From NCBI GenBank assembly GCA_016212855.1, contig JACRDP010000003.1, positions 29,283-93,282 on the forward strand: DNA of 64,000 nt. Reading direction: 5' to 3'. Under the pieces are notes generated by a model. The model saw nothing but the letters and a program-made list of their open reading frames with translations. It made no database searches and was not told the origin of the DNA. Origin of the DNA: Elusimicrobiota bacterium (GTDB lineage Bacteria > Elusimicrobiota > Elusimicrobia > UBA1565 > UBA9628). Below, in pieces: positions 56,122 to 64,000 of the stretch (the stretch's first letter is position 1; every line of letters starts with the position of its first letter). Made by a program: the position numbers and the translations under genes.

Positions 56122-56982
56122 TCATTTTCGACTTATGGGAGAGCCTTCATGAATCCGCAAGGCGAAATGCGCGCTCTCCAACGCGGGTACGGACAGAACC
56201 GGGACCGGCGAGCGCCGGAGCACCTGCTCCAACGTCGTTCCGAAGAACGCCTCTTTAAAAGGCGCTTTCTCATGCGAGACGAGGACGATCCAGTCATGCC
56301 CCCTCTGCGCTTTCAAGATCGACTTCACCGCCGTGCCGGTGAACTCCTGAGCCGTCGGGCGGCAGTTCTCACGCAGCTTCGCGGGCAGGTGATGGATGAG
56401 GTTCGACAGGCGGTAGCGCGGATTCCCCTCCCAGATCGGATCGACGGTCGCGTGCAGAGCCGTCAGCTGAGCCGAAAGCACGGCCGACGCCGCGGCGGCG
56501 TAGGCGAAGCCGTAATCCGAATACGGCGTGAAGTTGACGGGGGCCAGGATCGAACGGACCGGGCGCACGGGACCGCGCGCGGCAAGAACGGGCACCGAGG
56601 ATCCGCGGATCACGGTCTCGGCGACGGAGCCCAGGATGGCGCGTTCAAAGCCCTTGCGTCCGTGCGTGCCGACGACGATCAGCTGCGGACGATGCAACCG
56701 GGCCAGGCTCAGAATACGTCCGGCCGGATCGCCTTGCAGGATCGTGATTTTCGGGCCGTCGCCGACGGCGGCGCGGATTTTCGCGCGCAACGAGCGCGCC
56801 TCGGCCGGCGTCAGGCGCGGCGGAGGCATCAAATCGACGCCCGCGCCCCACGGCTGGACGAACACCGCCTCGAGCTCGGCGCCGCAGTCCGCGGCGAGCG
56901 CGACCGCGTGCCGCCACGCGATCCGGGAGACGTCCGACAAATCGTAAGCGACGAGGATTTTCTTCGGCGGAAATTGAATCAT
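56122..56982 (-). CDS. Universal stress protein, tandem USP domains
   Basis: Two UspA halves (VGTHGRKGFERAILGSVAE). Confidence 0.8.
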   Translation of the reverse strand: MIQFPPKKILVAYDLSDVSRIAWRHAVALAADCGAELEAVFVQPWGAGVDLMPPPRLTPAEARSLRAKIRAAVGDGPKITILQGDPAGRILSLARLHRPQLIVVGTHGRKGFERAILGSVAETVIRGSSVPVLAARGPVRPVRSILAPVNFTPYSDYGFAYAAAASAVLSAQLTALHATVDPIWEGNPRYRLSNLIHHLPAKLRENCRPTAQEFTGTAVKSILKAQRGHDWIVLVSHEKAPFKEAFFGTTLEQVLRRSPVPVLSVPALESAHFALRIHEGSPISRK

Positions 56983-57018
56983 AAAACCCCCACAATCAGC
57001 CGTCGTCGACTGAAGCTA

Positions 57019-57034
57019 CGCAACGAAACGGCCC
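57019..57034 (-). promoter_or_regulatory. Sigma-54-type promoter GGGCCGTTTCGTTGCG (USP)
   Basis: 15 of 16 nt are identical to the leader copy-1 promoter. Predicted +1 near 57008, giving a 26-nt leader. Confidence 0.55.
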
Positions 57035-57049
57035 GGTCTCCATGTTGCG
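57034..57049 (+). promoter_or_regulatory. Sigma-54-like element CGGTCTCCATGTTGCG pointing antisense into the CBS gene
   Basis: Correct GG/GC spacing and abuts the minus-strand promoter. No credible plus-strand gene lies downstream. Confidence 0.3.
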
Positions 57050-57071
57050 ACACGAAGAAGGAGCGCGACGA

Positions 57072-57575
57072 TTACCTCGTCGCCGTGGAAGACGGCCTGG
57101 CCTGAGTCTTCGCGCGGATCCGGCGCGGCTTTTTCGCGAGGGCGATCAAAGCCCGCACGAGGTCCATGCTCGTCACGATGCCCGCGAGCTTATCCCCCTT
57201 CGTGATCAGGATGCGGTGGATGCGGCTCTCGAGCATGACCTTCGCGACCGTCTCCACGGGAGTCTCGCAGTCGAGCGTGATGGCGCCGGGAGTCATGATC
57301 TCCTCCACTCGCGTCTTGTCCATCTCCTCGAGGTGAAAGCCGAAGGAGCGCGCCGAATTGTCGAGCTCCTGGTAGTAAAGCGGCACTCCTTCCGACGCAC
57401 CCCGCCGCGCGCGCACCAGATCCGTCTGCGAAACGACGCCGAGCACCGTGCCTTCCTCATCGACGACCGGGGCGCCGCTGATGACCTTGTCTTCGAATAT
57501 CTTGGCGACCTCCGGCAGGATCAGCCACCGTTCCACCGTGACGACCTTTTTGCTCATGACGTCTTTGGCTTTCAT
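57072..57575 (-). CDS. CBS-domain pair protein
   Basis: Two CBS repeats (VMSKKVVTV..., IMTPGAITL...). GGAGG precedes the ATG. Confidence 0.8.
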   Translation of the reverse strand: MKAKDVMSKKVVTVERWLILPEVAKIFEDKVISGAPVVDEEGTVLGVVSQTDLVRARRGASEGVPLYYQELDNSARSFGFHLEEMDKTRVEEIMTPGAITLDCETPVETVAKVMLESRIHRILITKGDKLAGIVTSMDLVRALIALAKKPRRIRAKTQARPSSTATR

Positions 57576-57614
57576 CGCGGGCCTCCGGGCGGGCTTCCCG
57601 CCGCGATAAAACCA

Positions 57615-57630
57615 TGCAACGTTCCTACTC
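57615..57630 (-). promoter_or_regulatory. Degenerate sigma-54-like element GAGTAGGAACGTTGCA (CBS gene)
   Basis: The -12 half is good, but the -24 position reads AG. Predicted +1 near 57604, giving a 29-nt leader with a Shine-Dalgarno sequence. Confidence 0.3.
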
Positions 57631-57648
57631 GCGCTCCGCGCTGCTCCC

Positions 57649-57664
57649 TGGCCGGTCCGTTGCG
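57649..57664 (+). promoter_or_regulatory. Sigma-54-type promoter TGGCCGGTCCGTTGCG (clpB)
   Basis: The -12 C (57663) is 14 nt before ATG 57677. No Shine-Dalgarno sequence. Confidence 0.6.
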
Positions 57665-57676
57665 TGATATTGGGAC

Positions 57677-60223
<2,547 letters not shown>

Positions 60224-60258
60224 CGCCGCCTTATGCTAAAATCACCTCCGTCGTCCAC

Positions 60259-60345
60259 GGAAAGGTGACCGAGTGGTTGAAGGTAGCAGTCTCGAAAACT
60301 GCCAGGGATGCAAGTCCCTCGAGGGTTCGAATCCCTCCCTTTCCG
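60259..60345 (+). tRNA. tRNA-Ser (anticodon CGA)
   Basis: Acceptor stem ggaaagg/cctttcc, anticodon stem gcagt/actgc with loop cuCGAaa, a long variable arm and a T arm gaggg-ttcgaat-ccctc. 87 nt; CCA not encoded. Confidence 0.9.
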
Positions 60346-60388
60346 CCGTTTTTCCGGTGTCAGGCTGACAAATTCGTTGAATTCTCCC

Positions 60389-60775
60389 ATGTCCTGGTTC
60401 AAGAACCCGTTTAAAAAAGAAGAAGCCCCGGCCGAAACCGCCTCGGGCATTCCCACGAGCGCCGCGGAGCTCGCCGCCGATCCCAAGATGAAGGGGATGA
60501 TGGGCACCTTCTTCCGCAAATGGAAGGATCCCGCCTTCATCAAGCAGCTGCGCGTCCTCGCCGGACACATGCAGAAGGACGGGGTCGACATCAAGGACAT
60601 GAAGGCCGTCCAGGCCTGGCTTGAGAAGAACAAGGAGCGCGTCGAGAAGGGCGACTTCGAAGAAGAGTCCGCTCAGCCCGGCGTCACCGTCGTGAACTCC
60701 GGCCCCCAGGTCGGCCGCAACGATCCCTGCCACTGCGGCTCCGGCAAGAAGTTTAAAAAGTGCCACGGCGCGTAA
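60389..60775 (+). CDS. SEC-C motif protein
   Basis: The C-terminus [17 protein letters not shown] is the SEC-C metal-binding motif. Confidence 0.7.
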   Translation: MSWFKNPFKKEEAPAETASGIPTSAAELAADPKMKGMMGTFFRKWKDPAFIKQLRVLAGHMQKDGVDIKDMKAVQAWLEKNKERVEKGDFEEESAQPGVTVVNSGPQVGRNDPCHCGSGKKFKKCHGA

Positions 60776-60809
60776 CCCTCGAAACTATAATAACTAAGGG
60801 TCTGGCCCC

Positions 60810-61223
60810 ATGATTCTCCATCATCTCGAGAGGACCCTTTTGTTGGCCAGCGCGGGGATCGCGGCGGAGATCGTGTTCACGGCGCTGTGCAATTACAAGA
60901 AGAACGGGATTCGCCTGATCGGGTATTCCTACGTGTGGATGCTTCCGATCTACATGCTGCTGTATCCGGGTTTCGCTTTCCTGACGCCGGTCGTCGGGAG
61001 CTGGGCGTGGCCGCTGCGGGGCGCGTTTTACGCGGTTCTGATCATGGTCTTCGAGCTGATCACCGGGCTGATCCTTCGCAAAACCATCGGCGAGGCGCCG
61101 TGGGAGCCCGAGTACCGCGGCCACAAGTGGGCCGTCATGAGCCTCGTGCGGCTCGACTATTTCCCGGCGTGGGCGGTAGCCGCGCTCGTGTTCGAGCGCG
61201 GCTACCGGCTCTTAACGCCTTAG
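60810..61223 (+). CDS. Small four-TM membrane protein
   Basis: 137-aa hydrophobic ORF. TATAAT at 60786-60791. Confidence 0.5.
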   Translation: MILHHLERTLLLASAGIAAEIVFTALCNYKKNGIRLIGYSYVWMLPIYMLLYPGFAFLTPVVGSWAWPLRGAFYAVLIMVFELITGLILRKTIGEAPWEPEYRGHKWAVMSLVRLDYFPAWAVAALVFERGYRLLTP

Positions 61224-61224
61224 A

Positions 61225-61884
61225 CTAGCGGTCGCCGCGGCCGGGGTGATCTCCGATGCGGTCCCGGCGCCGCTCGCCGGCGCGTCGGTATAACGCGGAG
61301 TTGTTCATCACGACGGCCACCGCGGCCAGGCGCGCGTCGATGCCCGAGGCCGAGACCTTGTAGCTGTCGATGAGCCAGTGGTTGTTCTGCACCGACACCA
61401 TCCCGCCCGTGCCCTTGAGGACCATCGAGTGGCCGTCCACCTCGCCGCTCGACGCGATGATCTGGCCGGCGGCGTTTTTGACGGCGAACGAGCTCGAATC
61501 CGAGCCGGCGAGCTCTTCGACCGAGCCGATCACGGCGCCCGAGCAGTCGATCACGGTCGCGCCCGAGGTCTTCGCGGCGATGGCCGAACCGTTCTTGATC
61601 ACGTAGCCGCCGCGGTTGACCTCGATCTCGCCGATCTTGGAGCCGCCCGATTCGACCGTGAAGTCGCTGGAGAACACGCCGCGGCTGATGACGACGTCCT
61701 CGAGCTTCATGAGCGCGCAGCCCTTCGCGTCGACCGGCGCCGGAGCTTCGACGACGACGGCCGCCGGCTCCTTCACGCGGATCTCGCGCATTTCGCGACG
61801 CCACTCGCCGATGTCATTGAACTCCCTCGCGACGGCTGGAACGGTCATGGTGATAATCGACAAGACGACGAGTGTTTTCTTCAT
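61225..61884 (-). CDS. Secreted hypothetical protein
   Basis: Signal peptide from the internal ATG (MKKTLVVLSIITMTVPAVA). Gly/Ser-rich beta-type sequence. Confidence 0.5.
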   Translation of the reverse strand: MKKTLVVLSIITMTVPAVAREFNDIGEWRREMREIRVKEPAAVVVEAPAPVDAKGCALMKLEDVVISRGVFSSDFTVESGGSKIGEIEVNRGGYVIKNGSAIAAKTSGATVIDCSGAVIGSVEELAGSDSSSFAVKNAAGQIIASSGEVDGHSMVLKGTGGMVSVQNNHWLIDSYKVSASGIDARLAAVAVVMNNSALYRRAGERRRDRIGDHPGRGDR

Positions 61885-62027
61885 GCGGATGTCCTCTCTC
61901 TGTTGTAACGACATGGGCGGTTTCTATTCGCCGACAAGAGGATAAGCTTAAAGCCTGGCACCCGGGGGGAGTCGGAAGGCCTAGATGGTCGACGTATTGG
62001 GGCCCTTAAAAAAGGGGCCGAAAGTCC

Positions 62028-62083
62028 CTAGATGTTATTGGCCATTCCTCAGCACATCTGTGCCGGGCGTCTCGCGCCCGGCC
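62028..62083 (-). repeat. REP-like terminator element, copy B
   Basis: Minus strand 62083-62055 is identical to 17829-17857, followed by an equivalent agatg...catct stem. It starts 4 nt after the stop of the SRPBCC gene. A partial third copy lies at 61981-62004. Confidence 0.7.
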
Positions 62084-62087
62084 GCTC

Positions 62088-62540
62088 TTAAATGTCGAGG
62101 ACCTGGAGCTGCACGCGACGGTTGAGGGCCTCGGCGCGCTCCTTGATGGAATCGAGCTCGAGCTCGAGGGTGTGGTCGAGCCAGCGGCGGACCAAAGACG
62201 TCACGGGCCGCAGGAACAACGGAAGCGCGTAGCCCTCTTCGCGTTCGAGCAAGGTGCCGCCGTTGACCGGGCGGATCATCACCTTGCACTCCATGTGCTT
62301 GAGCGGGCCGGTCACCATCACGCCGCGGTAGCCGCCGTCCGGCTTGAACTCGAAGCTGAACGTCCCGCGCCACGGGATGCCGAAGAAGCGCCCGCTCGCC
62401 TGCGCGGGCTCACCGGCCGGAGACAGCTGCAGCGAATCGACTTTAGGCTCGTAGTGCGCGATCTCGTTGAGATCGCTGAGGTAGGTGCGCACCGATTCGT
62501 AAGGAGCGCTGATCAGGATACGGCGGTTGACGTTGAGCAT
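62088..62540 (-). CDS. SRPBCC (START/polyketide-cyclase-like) family protein
   Basis: 150 aa from the internal ATG, with typical size and a beta-rich pattern plus a C-terminal helix. The upstream part of the ORF-track frame runs through the tRNA gene. Confidence 0.55.
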   Translation of the reverse strand: MLNVNRRILISAPYESVRTYLSDLNEIAHYEPKVDSLQLSPAGEPAQASGRFFGIPWRGTFSFEFKPDGGYRGVMVTGPLKHMECKVMIRPVNGGTLLEREEGYALPLFLRPVTSLVRRWLDHTLELELDSIKERAEALNRRVQLQVLDI

Positions 62541-62552
62541 CGGTGGGAAATC

Positions 62553-62626
62553 TGGAGCGGGCGAAGGGAATCGAACCCTCGTCTGATCCTTGGCAAGGAC
62601 CCGTTCTACCATTGAACCACGCCCGC
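62553..62626 (-). tRNA. tRNA-Gly (anticodon GCC), CCA encoded
   Basis: The reverse complement reads gcgggcg-tg-gttcaatggtagaac-gggtcc-ttGCCaa-ggatc...gagggttcgattccc-ttcgcccgc-t-cca. Confidence 0.9.
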
Positions 62627-62637
62627 GGTTCCCGATG

Positions 62638-62666
62638 ATATTAGCAAAATCGACGGGGCCGGGCAA
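62638..62666 (-). promoter_or_regulatory. Sigma-70-type promoter TTGCCC-N17-TGcTAATAT for tRNA-Gly
   Basis: Minus strand: -35 at 62661-62666 and -10 at 62638-62643, 11 nt before the tRNA 5' end. Confidence 0.55.
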
Positions 62667-62674
62667 CAGGCGCC

Positions 62675-63871
62675 CTAAACGGTCTTCGGGACGGGCGTCG
62701 GCGAGGGCGACGCCGGCGGCGGGAAGTGCTGCTGAAGGGAGGCGGCCTCGTCCTCGACGAGGCGGCGGTTCTCCTCGTCGCGCGCCTCGAGGATCTCGGG
62801 CAGCTTCTCGATAAGGACGGCGACCACCTTCGGGTCGAACTGCTTGCCCGAGCGTTCCTTGATGTAAGCGACCGCGTCGTCCACGGTCCACTCTCCCTTA
62901 TAGACGCGCTTGGAGGAGAGGGCGTCGAAGACGTCGGCCACGGTGACGATGCGGGCCTCGAGCGAGATCGCGTCGCCCTTGAGCGCGTACGGATAGCCCG
63001 TGCCGTCGTAGAACTCGTGGTGGCCCACCGCGATCTTGGCGGCGAGGCGCAGGAGGCGGCTTTCGGCGTTGGCGAGCATCTTCGCGCCGTACACCGTGTG
63101 CTTCTTCATCTCGTCGAATTCCTCGGGTGTCAGCTTCGCGGGTTTTCGAAGAATTGAGTCAGGTATGGCGACCTTGCCGATGTCGTGGAGCGGGGCGGCG
63201 TAGCGAATATCCTCGGCCTCGAGGAAGGACAGTCCCATGCCCTGGGCGAGGATGCCCGAGAAGCGGGACATGCGGCGCAGGTGGCGGCCGGTGTCCTCCT
63301 GGTCGCGGTATTCGGCCACGAGCGCCATGCGGTAGATCGTTTCCAAATGCGAGCGCCGCAGATCATCGTAAAGCGTCGCGTTCTCGATGAAGGTCGCGGC
63401 CATGGTGGCGAGGATGCGCAGCAGGCCTTCATCCTCTTCCGTGAAGGCGCCCTTCGCCTTGTTGAGCACCTCGAACACGCCCAAAGCCTTGCCGTCGCGG
63501 CCGCGCAGCGGCACGGCGAGGACGGTGCGGGTCTGGTAGCCGGTGATTCGGTCGAGATCCTGGGCGAAGCGGGTATCCTTGTAGGCGTCGCGGATGTTGA
63601 CCGCGGAGCCGGTGCGCGCCACGAAGCCCGCGATGCCCTGGCCGACCGGGATGCGCAGGACCTTCTCCTCCATCCCGAGCGCGATCTTCGTCCACAGCTC
63701 GCCCTTGTAGGGGTCGACGAGAAACACGGAGCAGCGGTCGGCCGAGAGGATGTTGCGGACCTCCTCGGCGATGATGGTCAGGAGGGTGTCGAGGCTGGTC
63801 TCGGCGGCCACCATACGGCCGAACCGGGCCAGGAGGGACTGCCGCTGCTCGAGCTCTTGCCTGCGTCCCAT
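62675..63871 (-). CDS. GAF plus HD-GYP domain protein (putative c-di-GMP phosphodiesterase)
   Basis: N-terminal GAF domain (ADRCSVFLVD...), HDIGKVAIP and HHEFYDGTGYP. Confidence 0.85.
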   Translation of the reverse strand: MGRRQELEQRQSLLARFGRMVAAETSLDTLLTIIAEEVRNILSADRCSVFLVDPYKGELWTKIALGMEEKVLRIPVGQGIAGFVARTGSAVNIRDAYKDTRFAQDLDRITGYQTRTVLAVPLRGRDGKALGVFEVLNKAKGAFTEEDEGLLRILATMAATFIENATLYDDLRRSHLETIYRMALVAEYRDQEDTGRHLRRMSRFSGILAQGMGLSFLEAEDIRYAAPLHDIGKVAIPDSILRKPAKLTPEEFDEMKKHTVYGAKMLANAESRLLRLAAKIAVGHHEFYDGTGYPYALKGDAISLEARIVTVADVFDALSSKRVYKGEWTVDDAVAYIKERSGKQFDPKVVAVLIEKLPEILEARDEENRRLVEDEAASLQQHFPPPASPSPTPVPKTV

Positions 63872-63872
63872 G

Positions 63873-64000
63873 TTATTTTCGAAGGGCTCCGGCGACGAAC
63901 TCGGACAGATGAAGCGCCTTCGCCTCAGGATAATACTTCCTCAGGCCCCGCGCAAGTTGGATGAGGCAGGACGTCGAGCTCGTGAGCACCACCCCGGCCT
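63873..64000 (-). CDS. 3' end of a gene continuing beyond the window (possibly a Cys-rich Fe-S oxidoreductase C-terminus)
   Basis: Open frame ...AGVVLTSSTSCLIQLARGLRKYYPEAKALHLSEFVAGALRK*. The stop is 1 nt before the next start. The family guess is weak. Confidence 0.35.
   Translation of the reverse strand, partial: AGVVLTSSTSCLIQLARGLRKYYPEAKALHLSEFVAGALRK

Noticed and set aside
60356-60373. An 11-nt match (ggtgtcaggct) to the arm of the 30-bp hairpin, embedded in the palindrome tgtcag-g-ctgaca just after tRNA-Ser.
   Set aside because: It is too short to establish homology, and a single-nt loop cannot form an RNA hairpin. It is kept only as a note under the hairpin finding.
60308-60388. 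N-terminal extension of the SEC-C protein ORF, and ORFs 60220-60633(-) and 60242-60766(-), overlapping tRNA-Ser.
   Set aside because: These frames read through a well-formed tRNA gene. The SEC-C protein starts plausibly at ATG 60389.
62541-62891. Upstream 117 codons of the 62088-62891(-) ORF.
   Set aside because: The frame runs across tRNA-Gly and its promoter. The SRPBCC-like protein begins at the internal ATG 62540.

Overview
This is a high-GC (by eye about two-thirds G+C) bacterial chromosomal segment. It is densely coded and I found no mobile elements, prophage or CRISPR array. Contents, left to right:

- An FtsH protease with a long N-terminal extension.
- One translationally coupled operon mixing pyrimidine and purine biosynthesis: pyrB-pyrC-pyrD-pyrF-pyrE-purM and a purN::purH fusion.
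- carA-orf-carB.
- A Fur/Zur-controlled zinc uptake locus: outer-membrane barrel, ZnuA, ZnuB and a ZIP transporter.
- An ABC-2 exporter module.
- From about 30 kb onward, stress, signalling and pilus-ATPase genes. These include universal stress proteins (USPs), YtxH, Hsp20, ClpB, a CBS-pair protein, phosphoribosyltransferase (PRTase)-family proteins, rhodanese, PpsA, a P-type ATPase, OsmC, hemerythrin, one GGDEF and two HD-GYP proteins, PilT, REC-PilB and a histidine kinase.
- tRNA-Ser(CGA) and tRNA-Gly(GCC).

Four signals lie outside the protein annotation:

1. About 19 copies of a -24/-12 (sigma-54-type) promoter motif, tGGCCG-N4-cGTTGCg. They sit almost exclusively in front of the stress and signalling genes and often form back-to-back divergent pairs.
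2. In 11 of these, the start codon lies 12-14 nt after the -12 C, which predicts leaderless or near-leaderless mRNAs. Sigma-70-like TAnnnT boxes sit 5-9 nt before start codons elsewhere in the window.
3. Three paralogous structured leaders of roughly 120-210 nt each combine a sigma-54-type promoter, a conserved GC-rich fold and an intrinsic terminator. They precede a radical-SAM gene, a CFA-synthase-like methyltransferase and a stand-alone FMN-adenylyltransferase-like gene. This is a candidate new riboswitch or attenuator family.
4. Smaller items: a REP-like terminator repeat, a perfect 30-bp hairpin, a pyrB without a canonical start codon, and a degenerate PRTase paralog.

All calls are by eye from the sequence and the ORF track. 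No database search was run.
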